A stretch of 63,932 bases of DNA, filler included, from Dimargaris cristalligena (Eukaryota): the NCBI GenBank assembly GCA_003614675.1. It is 2 parts of 2 records of this genome, joined end to end, with 100 filler letters (N's around TTAATTAATTAA, not from the genome) between each part and the next. Parts side by side here need not be neighbours in the genome. Positions count along the whole stretch, not along the records: positions 1 to 31,918 come from ML002432.1; 1 more part is not named here. One strand, written 5' to 3'. The notes beneath the pieces were generated by a model. The model made no database searches, had not been told where the DNA came from, and was given only the letters and a program-made list of their open reading frames with translations. Below are positions 11,525-25,238 of the stretch, in pieces. Position 1 is the stretch's first letter. Every line of letters begins with the position of its first letter. The translations under genes were made by a program, and so were the position numbers.

Positions 11525-12874
11525 GGCGAATAACCCGACCTAGTCACGACCCAGCTGTAGGAGGGTCGGAAGAGTTAAAAAATAAACAGAGGCAAAAGGC
11601 GGCGCGGCTGGCTGGACACGGTCGGCGATAATACTGAGCGGGGTTGGGGGATGGTGGGTCGTTGGAAAGAAGTATGGCCTGAGATGGGCTGTAATAGGGA
11701 AGGGGAGCCAGGAAGAGTTCAATAGAAACAGAATGGGGGGAACAGCGGGGTAAGTTAGAGAATGTCAATAGGAGAGAGAGAGAGAGAGAGAGGGTATTGT
11801 AAGGGGCGAATTGCATACAATAAAGATAGAGTAAGGAAGAGGTGACAGAGCATGCATACAAACAACGGCGGCGGGGTTCCAATAATCAAGACCCGCCAAA
11901 AAGAACCCCCAGAAACCACCCAATAGTCAAATACGAGTAATAAAGAGTTGGTGGAGTAAAATAGACGACGCGGGAGCCGAAGGTCTTTAAAGTAAACTAT
12001 GCAAACACACCCCTTACGGATTCACAGCGTCACTAAAGCAGGTGGGTTTAGACCACACAGAGTGCACGTTCCAAGAAAGGACAGGTCAGGGTTGTCGCTA
12101 GCGACTTCTTGCGAACCACGGAGGAAAGGAAAAGGGGAAATAGGGGAGAATCAGGAGGAGACAACTGTGTATAGCAAAAAAAACCGACTCGGCTTTAGAA
12201 AGCATCTCACGCAATCCAACTAGGATAAGGAGAGCGATATACCAAAAAATAACAGACGCGCAGGACAAGGGAAAGGCAGCAAAAGCAGAGATAGAGAGGG
12301 ACCGTAGGCAGGGTGGTGTCGAAAGGGAGGAGGGGATTTGGGTTGCATACACTCGCACGTTTTTAAAAGGCGCCAGGGGTTTTTTATTGTATGCGCGTAA
12401 ATGAGGGTTTTTCGCTTACCTGCACTCGCACGCTTATTCGTCAAGCGAATTAGGAAACCAGAAGCCGTGGAGCTTCGGAGTTGGAAACGACGGGAGGGAA
12501 GCAAAGGCAGCCTTAGCCTTATAAACCAACCAACGGGCTTGATGAGTGGGAGGGGTAACGAGAAAGGGTAGTAGAAGTGGAGGTCCCTCTAAAAGAGTTA
12601 TATTTATCCAACAGAAACTAAAGGTGGAAAAGGAACTAAGGGGACTCTACACGAGGCTGTGTTAAGGGTTTTTAAAGATCCAACGGGCGCAAACAAGAAG
12701 TCCGAGGAGAAGAAGTATATAGGGATATCCAGGGAGCATAAACGGCACTAGAGCGAACAGTAACTGATAATACTCGGAAGGAGGGGGAATGGTAATAGGT
12801 GACTAGTGGTGCAACAAAGACAAGGTGAAAACTGAATAGTTGGGTTGGCGACACAGAACATTAAGGTGGCACGC

Positions 12875-12878
<4 letters not shown>

Positions 12879-12934
<56 letters not shown>
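12879..12934. repeat. (AG)28 microsatellite
   Basis: Perfect dinucleotide run read directly. Confidence 0.95.
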
Positions 12935-12935
<1 letters not shown>

Positions 12936-15090
12936 AAGGCCGGTTTTTAAAGTAGAGTAGGTTCGTAACATGCCATAAAGAAATACTACTACTAATATTA
13001 GTATTATTATTATTAAATGGGGTGCCAAAGAGGGGAGGGCTCGGTTAGAGTCTAGCTGTAGTTCGTAGGACCTTTAGAAACGGTTTCTTGGGTAACAAAG
13101 CAAATAGCACTAGAGGGGAGGGATACACCAACGACCAGCGAGGGGAATCTAAAATATAATAGGGGCTAGACTGGGCAAAGCAGGGAGAGAGAAAGGAGAG
13201 GAGAGATGGGTGGATGGGCGCCAAAAGAGCTCTTAGCATAGGCCGAGCTGGCCAAGAAGTGGAAACGTGAATCAACAAAAGAACATAAAGAACCAAGCAA
13301 AAAAAGAGAGAGAGAGAAGGAGATATAGGGGGGAACGAAGGAGTAGCTTGGCAATATAAAATAGGATAAAGTTGGACAGTGCGGGCTATACACCCTTCTA
13401 ACCCAGCCTAACAACTAACTAACCGTACGGCCAAATAGGGAGGGAGTATAGAAACTACCAAACTAGAATCGCCTAAGACAACCAGGGCGGTGCAGTGCAG
13501 GAGAGCAACGGAATGGCGCGAATGAACGAGGAGAGCCCAGCCGCCACAGAAAGAAGGGGAAACAACGGGCTATTGCTCATCAGGCACACTCCGCTCACAC
13601 TAATTCAGTTACCAACTCTCCCCTTCCCAAGACGGCAGGGATTTCCCCTCCTCCCACTCCACCATTCACTGCCTATCCCCTTCAGCCCATTATTACATAT
13701 ATATATATATATCATTTATATATAGAGAGCTATAAAAATATACATAAAAGCCATTATACCTCACTGTATCTAATGCCCTGGCCATGTACCTCTCTCTCGT
13801 AGCCACTTTTCTTAAATGAAACGTCTGTGCCCCACCATTCCATACCCTCTTCCCCGCAGAACCGCCACGCAACCATTTCCACTCGCAGTTGCTCCACCCG
13901 AGCCTCCGGGGCTAAACGGAGCAGTCGGTCGATGGTGCTCCACTTACGTCCAAGTATACCCGTCTAGTAGGATATAACAAGAACCATCCCCATATCCCTC
14001 CCGGCCGATCCTCCCGTGTTCGGTCTCTGGGGAATGCCCCTTCCTTCCCCTATTCGCACCCTCTATTCTGCCTACCCCACTACAACCAGCTGCCCCTTCC
14101 TTCTCCCTGTATTCATTCAGGGTTTAAAGTTCCGCTCCCAAAAAATCCCTATTTTAACCTATCCAAGCGGGTCTTATTCCATCCAACCTTCACTAACTAA
14201 CTAATTGCCTGATCACCTTCTAGATGGGTGGTTAATAACAATAGCAATGACCATATAGGGCACCAAGGAAAGGGTGGGTGATTATTACTTGACAGTGTCT
14301 CAATGGCTTTTACGCTAGACCTAATATCCACTCAATCAATCATCAGAATGGTCGTATTGGCCCTGATCGCCAGGCCTCTAGCCCAAATAACCACGGCAAC
14401 GTGATAGAAAAAATAAAAGTATAATGGATGGGATGTACCGACCCTTACCCGTGAAATTAGATCCATCCTAAATTATTTCTTCCCTTCTCTTCTCTTCTCC
14501 CCTATCCAACCCATCAACACTGACAATACCTACAACCCAGAAATATATATCATAGACCTGCTCTTGGGAGAACGGTTCATTATCGCCCCGGTATTACACT
14601 ATACCTTCTCACATGTCCATTTTTTCTTTCGTAGTAGCGATCCTTCGGATATTTAATAATGGGTTGGAATAGTAGACTTGCACCATTTCCATATACAAAA
14701 ATAAAGGTAGATAGATCGATGCGTGTGTTGACATATACGAATATAAAATGCTTGCGTATATGTAGCCCTTCGTAAGTTATACTTCCAAAGGCAATATCGG
14801 CGATATGCGATATCCCAGGAAACGATGTAGGGTATTTTGATGAGTGGGTTATGAATATAACAATAAGTTTAGAGGATGGTAAATTATAAAAACAAGGAGT
14901 AGTATTAAAAATGTTAAAGTGGAATGGCCATAGGTAGGTCTAGGTGACCAGGCTAGTGTGAGTGGTATTGGGATATCGATTAGATGAACATAAAAGTATA
15001 GAGCCAGCAACAAGCAACAGCAAAGAAGTAACCTAGAGATGGATGCTCATGGTAAAGAGAGTTGGTAAATGAAACATATTAATAATAAAA

Positions 15091-18000
15091 TTAGAGAAGA
15101 TAGCGGATAAACAAGCCCCAACTAAGCCATAACAATGCCAGGTAAGTGCTGATCGGGAGCCAGTTCCAGATGGTCAGTTGGTGAAGGCGGGCAAAATTAC
15201 CCCCCGCCATGGAAGCCACACCCGTTTCTAAAGAGTGAGGGGACGGCGACGTCGCACCGTAGGCCGGGGGTGACGAACCATCTTGTGGGGAGGATGTGGC
15301 CGTGTCCAATCCAGCCGGTGGCAAAGACTGGGTGGGGGACTGGGACACCGCCGTTGGTGTAGGAATAATGGATTGGTCGATTAAGTCATTGGCACTCAGA
15401 GTCCATGGCCTCTGCTCCCCAGTTGTCCGATCCTTCGAAACATCCTTTTGCTGAGACGACGTATCCAATCGGAACAATGATTGGGAGTGGCAACGACGGT
15501 ATATCGACTCGTCTTTACGGTCTCCTTGAGACCCGCCTGCCCGACTACCAGAAGTCTGGTTAGACATGAAGCAGCCGCTAGCACAGGCGGTGGGTGAACA
15601 TACATTTTTGGAGCACACCGACGAGGAACAAATCACCGACGTACCCCCGTCCATAACCAACGAAATGCGTTGATTATGCAGTCGCGTGGACAGGTCCGAG
15701 TCCCTGGTTGAGGTGGGCCCCGCTACTGGATCAAGGATGGGTGAATACCGAATTTCGTGATGTTGAGGGCCGGCGGAGGGAGAGATATGGGCGCTACGAG
15801 TCCGCCGAGTTTTTAAAAGTCCCCCGCTACCCTTACCATAGCCAGGGGAATCCGTGGTATTTTGAGCCAATAGTGGCCCCCCATAGGCGAGGAAGGCGTC
15901 AGCTACATGGTTCCGGTTACATTCGTGACACTCGCTGCACTGTCGGCCCACGCAGGTTTCAATCTCGTTGAGGAAGGTGTTATGCTGGCAGGCGAGGCGT
16001 CCTTCACGGGCTACTACTGTCGCCAGCGCTGTACCGGTGTCGTTTGCATACGAGGGATTGCCTTCAGCGCAACTCCCACGCCTCTCATCGCTCATTTCCG
16101 GCATTCCGATGCCATAGGTCGACAACGTGCGGGGCAGTTGAGTGTCCCGCGTTGACGGGCGTCGGGTAAGTGCTGTACTCGAACCTAGTCGTTGGTTACG
16201 CTGCCCCTCAATGCGCTCCCACTTCATAGACGGTGGTGCATCAAGTTGGTAATGGCAGAACACATTGGGGTGGTTTTCAACCCACAACAAACGCCGAATA
16301 TCGCTCAGTTGCAGAAGGCGGTCCCAACCTAGTCGATCGATGGCGTAGAGGGTAAGGGCGACCAGCAGGGTCAATCCCCCCCAGTAGAGATAAAACACCA
16401 TGACCCGGTCATAGGAGTGCTCGTTGGGTATACGGCGGTGGTGGGGTGGGTGAACACCGCGGAGCGGGTGGGCGTCTTGGAGTTGGCCAATAATGATATC
16501 CAGGATGGTATTGCCGATATTTTGGGCGCTTTTGAACAGTCCTAGGCCCGACCCAACCGTTGACAAGGGCAGGACGAGGGGAATCGATGAGATGGACGAG
16601 ATGGGGCCAACGCTTAGTGAAACGGAGAACACAAACATACCCACCGCGGGCGGCAGGGTCGTAAAGCCCAGAAGGATAATCGTGCCTAGGAACAGGGAAG
16701 CGGCCAGAATGAGCAGCGTCACTCGGTGACCATTCCGATCGACCCATAGGCCCAGGAAGGGTACTAATATCACCGGTAGCAGCTGGGATACGCTGGCGAT
16801 ATGGGCCGCTGTACTGTCGTCGCAGCCGAACCGCAGTTTAACCAGCTCGCTGCTAATATGCAGAAAAGTGGTCCAGCCACTGCCCAGTACGAAGCTCAGG
16901 GCTACAATCAGCCAGTAGGCTGCTGGGAAAATGAGTACATGGCGCAGCCGGAAGGTGTTCTTGCGTTTGAGCTTGGCCAGTTCATGTTCGGTCATGTGCT
17001 CGTCCACCCGTTTCATCAGCATCACGTAGACAAAATTAATGATCCACGAGCACAGGCATATAAAGGCCGAGGCCCAGAAGGCGTAGCCGTAGAAGCCCGT
17101 GGCATTGGCGATTGGGACGGTGGTGCCCATTGATAAGAAGGAAGCCTGGGGAATTGATCGATTTGATATTATAGGGAATAGATACGGCAGTAAAATAGTG
17201 GACGGGAAATCAAGGGTTAGAAGCCGAGAATACTCGATTAACCGTGTAAGTCTGGGAATTAGGAACCGCTGGGGGTGGGGCAGATACTCGAGACAAAGCG
17301 AAACTAGTCCGCTAATCGGAAGTTGATTGTATACTAATGATCAGGCGGGTCGCCTCTCACGAGCATAACAATTCAGCAGGCAATACGCGCATGTGTCAGG
17401 ATAGGGAGGATATCCCAAAAATGGACCACTCTGCTAAGGCGAAACCCCCCAATGAAGCGGGTATGAATTCACACCCGGCAGCAGTGTTATTATGGGGCCA
17501 CTCATCAGCTTAGGTCATGTTGTTTAGCCCCTGCCCTTATCGACCTCCCACGCACCCGATAGGCAAATGCGCATTAGAGTATGCATAGGCATGGGCAATT
17601 GAATGTGGGTTCCCAAAAAAGGGGGAGACTGGGAAGGGGGCAGCGGAAAGTACGACCTGACCAACGAGTCCCTTATACAAAGCTGCATCCAGTGGGAAGG
17701 GGACGTGTAATACGATGCCCGCAAATTTAATCAAGCAGTCCAGGGGGGATCCGTTAAAAAAGCACACGCAAATGGACTTACCAGGCGAGCGGTTGCAATT
17801 TGTAGCGCAATGGTCATGGCGAGACCTTTCCCAGTAAACCAGTGGCTGAGGATAGTCTCCTGGATCGTAACAATGGTCCCTGATCCCAACCTGAGCACGA
17901 ATGCATCATAAGAGAAGGGGAGGGGAGGGAGAGATGGAATGTCAAACTGGAATACTGCGGTCAGTACACCATTAAGGGTAAACCAGTTGAGGGGGAGCAA

Positions 18001-19217
18001 TCAGGAGTCGCTAAACGAAATAAAGTGGCTTTTGGGCCAGTGTTACACGCACGGGGGTTAACTTACCCATAGAGAAGTCGGCCCACGACCATTATTGGGA
18101 AGGACTGATAATGGGTTGACATGGCGACTACCGACGTGCCGATCAGAATAAACGAAGTGGCGAGAATAGACCCCGAAGATGTGCCGAAAGCGTCGATGAA
18201 TAAGCCGCCCAGTACGGGTAGCACGGTATTGACTAGAGACACGGCCGACTGGAGCAAGCCGTATTGGGTGTTGCTGATCCCGAAATCCTATTAGCACCAA
18301 ACAGGAAATATTCCCGGATAAAATGATAGGCGGAGGGTGTACGGAAAGGGGACAGAATGGCGGGTAATTGGGGTTAGTATGAGGGGGTGATGTTCCACTC
18401 GCATCAGCTGGTTCGGATGAGGAAACTAGACGCTCGGATCACACGGGTGGCTTGTCCCATTGACGCAAGGTAGGAAGGCCCCCCAGGCGATGAAGGTCAG
18501 CCGCCCACACACCCCACCAGACAGAATGTATATACCTAGACTAATGATCCGGCGAAATTGGACCTTATTAATATATACGTACCTTTTTAACCGTCGCCTT
18601 CAGGGCACTCAGGGTGTGCGCCGAGTAGTGACCACCCACTGGTAATTAATAGCAGATAATTACCAAGATATATAGTATATAAACCCGATCCAAGATGATT
18701 ATAGTTAGATAACGGACCAGTAGTCGTACAGGAGATATGTCCGTCCGTAGTCGAAGGAGGGGGATATAAGCCAAGGTTGGGGTCCAAAAGGGGTGGTTAT
18801 TACACTTCAACATGGGGCCCATATTAAGGCACATCGCGGGTATATATGACCATGTAACTTACCCGATAAAAGTAGAGCACACACAAGGGCTAAGGCCTGG
18901 AACCTCCATAGCTGGGCTTTAGCTTGGGCATTTGAGTCTGGCGGAGGTTGGTCCGAAGAAAGAGTAGGTGAATTCGGCGAGGACTGTAGGTCAGGGGTGC
19001 CCGGGCCATACAGCGACTGTGGCGACATTAGCAACAGGGGCGAGGTTTCAGTAGGCTGTGGTGACTGTGGCGGGAGGGGTGGCGAAGTAGACGGGTCGGA
19101 CGTCCGAGGGGTGGTTGGGTCTGGCGAGGTACAGCCGCCTGGTCCGCACCCGGGGTGGCAAGTAGACCTGGGTCGGGTGGCCCAGACGGCTGGACTTGCT
19201 ACCTTCCTCCGGGACAT
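15091..19217 (-). CDS. MFS transporter, MFSD1-like (lysosomal/vacuolar type), about 931 aa; exons 19217-18863, 18638-18583, 18287-18067, 17890-17782, 17145-15091
   Basis: The spliced frame is continuous (LLSVGGHYSAHTLSALK, ISNTQYGLLQSAVSLVNTVLPVLGGLFIDAFG, GRLLYGLGSG, WFTGKGLAM...IATARLASFL, PFLGLWVDRNG). N-terminal ETSPLL acidic dileucine sorting motif. All intron phases match. Confidence 0.9.
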
Positions 19218-21618
19218 GGTCGGGATATAAACTTAGAGTGGAAATAAAATAAAAATCGAAGAAATAGATAGTAGACTCGGCGGGCGTACTGTAGAACCCC
19301 AGACCAGGGCTGTGTCGGATTGCCGAAGGGTTACGAGGACTGGTCAAAGTGGCAAGTCGGTCAATGGAGAGGAGGGATTTTACGAAAGGTCTATCGAAAG
19401 AGTGTATAGTTGGTGGAGCCGATTATGCCGAGACAAGCGGCCGGGTTAAATGGGGGAAATGCATTAAAGAAAGTCGGGAATGGCAGGAATGGGGTGAATT
19501 AGGAGAGCGCATATAAAGAAGGAAATAAAGAAAGTGCGGTTTGGCTCCCAGCATATAGTCAACAAAAGAATCAGAAGCAGGATAAGGCCTGAGGCTTAAA
19601 ACGGGGGGATTGCTTCTTCGATTCATTGTGTAGAAAGGGCCTTTTGTTGTCACCCACGCATTTGCTTTCTTCACAGTCTTATTGGAGAAGAAAAGGAATG
19701 GGGGAAACGGCATTATAGGCGGCCAAATAAGCGTGTGTGTGCGTGGCTGGCTACGCTTTGCTTACTACTTGGCTATACGAATACCCTTCTTCTCCCATTT
19801 CTCACTCTCACTCTCCCTCTCTTCCAGTCACCTACCTAGTGTCAAAAGTGTTGGACCGATGGGCGTAGAGAATACGGCGTAAGGTGGGCTGTTATAGGCT
19901 GGGAGATACAGCTGGGTATTGGACAAAGCGGCGGCAATAGAAACGAGTGAGGTTTGTCACAAGGGGTGTGTGTGAAGTAGGGTCAGGTAGTTGACGGAGG
20001 CTAGGCGGGCGACTACGCAAGCTTTATACTACGGAATCCACTAGGCTAGGCCAGCGCATATATGGGGGGTTGGGAAATCAATGTATTCGGATAGCGCGTT
20101 AGGCAGAGGCATATCGGAAGAGGGAGAATCTCCTGATCCATACTGGTCTGGTGGTAACATGATGATGGCTGGCCCGGTATGGAAGAATTATTGCGGGCTA
20201 TTCACCGTCTCGGGGAATGCCTGGACTATGGCGCACATTTTATCTGCCGGTCTAGCCACCGGGCCGCCCCTGTCGACCGCATTGGGTGGTTTCCACTCAC
20301 CACCACGGCAGCAGCGGGCCGAGAAGGGACCGTGCCTCCATCTCCCCCCACCCATACACTCCTCCCCTTTATTTGATTTTTCATATATTTTAGCTCATCT
20401 TCAGTCCTCATTGGCTTCTTCATATACATGTGCCCGTAACACTATCCTAGTTAATGCGAAACCCGGACTGTGGGCTGTTCTTTCCCCACATCGACAAATC
20501 CAAATGTGTTCCATCAGATAAAGGTACCGGTGAAATTCCCGTATAGATTAGAGCGCCCCAAAGATCAGCACCCCCTTTCCCCCGGTTATTAGGTACCACC
20601 TTTACCTCTTCCCAGAAACTTAGATTACCCCAATGGAAATCCTCCATTATGAAACAGCCCGTGCCAGTGTGATAGTCAGTCGGGGAGGGCCGGAGCTTAC
20701 AGCATCGAGGTTGTCTCGCTGTACACCCAGGTTCATGACCACAGACAGGTCCCACCTTGTAGGCAAACATCCCCCCCCCACCTCGACTTATTCAGCCCGA
20801 CTGCGGCGCCCCTAACTTACTGCTGCTACTATGGGGACCCCTTTCCCCCTTCCCCGGTTAACGGACATTAGGTTCGGAGACATTCCAGACATTTCTGTTT
20901 ACCCCAACATCACCATACCCCTTCTTCAGCCGACCAAGCCAATCAATAGGAACCGTCCACTCATTAATGAGGCTTGGATAACATGCCAGTAAATATATAT
21001 ATATTCCATAACTGTTGGTAGGGGGGATGCGTAGGAAGGACGAACCGGCGGATGCCACTAGAACCTAGTCAAGATGGTGCGAGTGATGGTCTCAAGAAAT
21101 GGCTGCTTGGAGTGCTCAATAGACCACCAATACCTAACACATCAACTATTGCAGACAGAGCAGGATTCAAAGGTGAATAGCAAACGGCTCGACTGCTAGG
21201 CCCACGAGGCAGTCTTCCTTTGGGGATGTCAAGGTTATGCTAGGTCACCCGTCCAATCCAACAGACGCCTGACTTTGACCGCCGTCTGGGCCATTAAATT
21301 TATACCTGGTTAAGCTTGCTCACCCAAAATATATGGGTGCATCCATCTTACCTAGGGTTAGAAAGACTTGATTCTCCCAGTCGCTCAGCATACCTCCATG
21401 GTTTGGTCATACAAATACACGTTTCTTTTAAATCAAGGTGCCGTGCCTCATATAAAACACCAGACTAGCCCAGCTTACCCTACAGTGTGCTGGAATGGAA
21501 AAATGGCACTCTGCACGCGCTGGCATGATTGTAAAGGTGTACCTTCGCACGCGTCTGAAAAAATGACCGACATGTACTATAAATCAACCGAGTGATTAAC
21601 TTCACCCCGAATTACCCG

Positions 21619-21783
21619 ATGGTGCTTCTCAAAATCTTGTTTTGGATATCACTTGCTTCCAACTATATAGTATTAGCCGTCGGTCTCATCGTTGCCGCGC
21701 TCGCGGTCACCGGACAATATGCAATTTATTGGTGGAAAAACTGGACCTGGGCTTTAGGGTATAGTCGTCGTAGTAAGATATAG
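21619..21783 (+). CDS. Possible 54-aa single-pass membrane microprotein
   Basis: ATG ORF MVLLKILFWISLASNYIVLAVGLIVAALAVTGQYAIYWWKNWTWALGYSRRSKI with TATAAA at 21578-21583. No family recognised. Confidence 0.25.
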   Translation: MVLLKILFWISLASNYIVLAVGLIVAALAVTGQYAIYWWKNWTWALGYSRRSKI

Positions 21784-23774
21784 GTTCTGCGAGGGCTGAT
21801 CAATTGGCCGGTAGGCTTCAAATGGTGGCAACGCAATGCGGTGTTATTGTGAATGTCCATTCCTTCGATTGATGGATCAATAAACTCAGGCCATCAAAAG
21901 GGTAACTCCCTAGACCACCCGATATTGCCCGACTGTAGCTCCCAGCTAAGTCGCAAAACCTTAGTACTGACAGTTAGAATACGGGAGTGTGGGTGCGTTC
22001 TGGGCCACCGGCGTGTCAACGTGTGTACTTTTAAATTGTCTATTTATACGGCTCCACGGAAACCCAACCCACCAACATGCCACAGTCTATAATCAACACG
22101 ACTATTACATTGCCCTATCGAGCGGCAGCTGCTGTCCAAATTAATCTACCGCCTAGGATGTAGGGACTGCGGTTGCATCTAGGGCAGACGGCTCTAAGGG
22201 TCTATGGCTAAGTCATTGGAATTATCGAGGCAATCGCAACACTCAGAGTAAGTTATTTATTGACTGATTCAGTATGAACCGGTTTACTCGCTTCCTCCCT
22301 GTATGCTTTTCATGGACGAATGGAAGAAGAACCTAATATTGTGGTCACAGTCTAAAAACGCTGGGTAATTCAATCATAGCAATAGGGGGTAGCCCACGGC
22401 CGTGCCCGAGTTCTTTCTATCCATTTTTACCGGACCCGCCCTTGGCCATTTTTATCTCCCTAACCCTACCCTTGTATTTCCTCTTCACCACGTCCCTATT
22501 TATTCACAGTTGCTTTCATCCTGACGCGCCGTGTAACCATCATAGTAGCACAGGTACTACCATGGGATAAAATCACGATTCCCTATCGATGTATTTCATC
22601 CCACGGTCAAGCAAAGGGATGCTAACCGCTTTACAACGAACAATCGCCGGAATTTAGCGTATCCGATGTTTTGGATTGGAGTACAACTAATCTATATGGG
22701 CGGTATTTTGACAGTAACGTCGAGGGAGTATTTCAATCAATGTGACGACTCATAGTCATGTCATTTTACCTTGCTCTACTTTGGGCAGACTTCTCTAGAG
22801 CCCAATAGGGTAATCCGGTATCGATAAGGCCCTTTTAGGACCATTGTTTTTTTTATCACTAAGCCTGGCCACTTCCAGAAGTCGTCATTCATCGTAAATA
22901 CCTGATTCCTTTTCTGACCCAAGGTCCACCAGCTCTCAGTTTCAGTAATTACCAACCGTGTCCCAGGGTTAAATAACCGGTAGTTTTATATTCTCTACCA
23001 ATACATGTTGGCCATAGCCCTCTAGTCAGCCAGCCGCCAATCTAATACCCACCGATGCCACCTTATATTCGCAAACAACTATCATCCGCTAGGTATTCTA
23101 ACTCATCACAAAATTTTACCAATTTGCCATTGTAGGTATCATTTTTGAGACGGTATATATCTATACTCGACCTATGGATGTTTTTATTGATAGTATATTC
23201 CAACCTTTACCCAATACCACATAAAGCCAGAGGCGATGTTTCACCGAGAGTTGATCGCCCAACTCCTCGAGAAAATGCAAAAAGTACAGCCTCAACTCGC
23301 TACAACGGTAGCCACGTCTTAATAGGAAGTTACATTTACTATAGTACTAATCGGTATCGTTCGGGTAGCGCTATTGTTAGGTCTCCATGGTGTTGGCTTT
23401 CGGAAATCCACACACCATTCCTTATAAAAATATAACAGAAAGGGTATTTAGTTTGAGCTACTTTATATTTCTACACCGAGATGCTTTAGCTATCAATAAA
23501 AGGTATTGCCTGTGCTGAAAATCACCAGAATTGCTCATGACGGAGACCCGTGTTGAATCCATTTTAAGGATCAATTATAGCTCGGAAACAAATATTTGCC
23601 GATTTCACTGAGTAAACGATGAGGCCTCTATACTATATGGCCAATATTCAGTATTAATAGCAGTAGGTCATCTTGAACCCCATCAAGCGACGAAATGCGA
23701 CTATTTATTTAAAAAAAACGCGATGGCAATGTGACAAGCAGTCAACGATCTTTAACCTTGATACTGCCGTAAAT

Positions 23775-24595
23775 TTAGGCGGTACTTCGCAGGACTGGTT
23801 TCGGGTAAATATGTAATATGGTAGGATAATTTAGAAATGCATCATAAATCGTTAAACAATTACACAAGGGGGGAAAGTGAGTTAATCGATAATCGGATGC
23901 AGTTCTAACCAGAATCGATTAAGGCTGTATAATAAGTAGATAGGTAACGGATTTGACAATAGCCTCCATGACTTACCTAGAATAACCGAATCTCCGCGCA
24001 GGAACAATTTGCTGATAAACCGATCACGGTTAATAGGCTTGGCCTTTTTCTTGCCCTTGCCGGTTTTCGGTGTTTCAGTCCACATCTAGAATTGGGTGGC
24101 GTATTACCAAAGTGATATTCGTAAAAATGATCAAGATTATAAGGTTAGGATCGTGTATCAAGTCATTCCGGGCATAGATCGCAGCGAATAAACAGCAGCG
24201 CGGAGATAAAGTAAGGCGAATGACCAGATAGTGTGCGATCTATATGAGTTAAAGATTCCGAAGGGAGCTTTCTTATAACCCTCATCGAGACCACCTAAAA
24301 ACAGCAGCAGACCCGTCCTTAGTGTTGAAATGGGCGGAATGCCCAATTCAGAAACCCGTCCATACGACCACAGTGGCATGTGACCCACCTCCTTGACATT
24401 CTCGAGCACCATGTTGCAATGCCGATCAAAGGCCTTCACACGCGCCAAAAGCTTGCGGTTGTTACGGCAATTTATGAGAACCTGCGAGTTGTTCTTGATG
24501 GCCGTTTGCAGTACCGACAACGGTCCGGTGTTGAATTCTTCTTCCTCCAGTTGGCGGAGCTCCTCCTCGGACATTTCCTTCTTGTTGGTCGCCAT
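23775..24595 (-). CDS. SMD2: Small nuclear ribonucleoprotein Sm D2 (111 aa); exons 24595-24389, 24085-23977, 23794-23775
   Basis: [12 protein letters not shown]...[36 protein letters not shown]...[22 protein letters not shown]. Canonical splice sites with matching phases. Confidence 0.97.
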
Positions 24596-25238
24596 GGTAT
24601 CAAAAATGGGGATGCTCGAGCGAATTTAAATATGAAATACTAATAGAGTGGAGAGTAGAGAAGAGTGGGATACGTATGGCGTAGGAGAGGGGGGGTGGGG
24701 AGAACCCGAAATTGAAAGATGGAGGAGGGCTGGCAAAGCGACTAGAGATACAATTGTTTACACGATGGAAAGTGTAGGAGAGTTGGCAAAGGACAGAAAG
24801 GGCACAATGAATAACTGGCACGATCCAAAAGACGATGAGTCGCTGGACTTGGTTTGCATCGAATTCCCCTTCTTCCGCTACTAGCAGTACGCGGCATATA
24901 AAGGCGTTTCCATAGGGCCTTCGGAGCGCGTTTGTGAAGGTAAAAACGAAGACTGGAACTTCTTCGCTGTTTAAAGCCATCCCCTAAAACCGTGCTACGA
25001 AAAGTCACGTGTTATACATACTACCAACCACTTTAATGTGCGACATTGACAGTTGTATACCACCACTACAGAAGGGATAATTTACGGTATACTATCGCAT
25101 TTTATTAAACACAGTAACGAAGTGGAAATAACGTATCTACATATTCAAATCCAAGGATATAATCTACATCTGGCTAAATAACACAACTTCTCTCCTCCAA
25201 AAAACTAAAGATAAAATATAATTAATAAAAGTCCTAAC

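Noticed and set aside
17395-17510. TGATGA...CTGA pair in intron 4 of the MFSD1-like gene as a C/D-box snoRNA
   Set aside because: No convincing terminal stem and no rRNA-complementary guide that I could verify.
22560-22606. Hairpin as a SECIS element (contains AUGA...UGAU)
   Set aside because: Helix II geometry is wrong, and no adjacent gene has an in-frame TGA.
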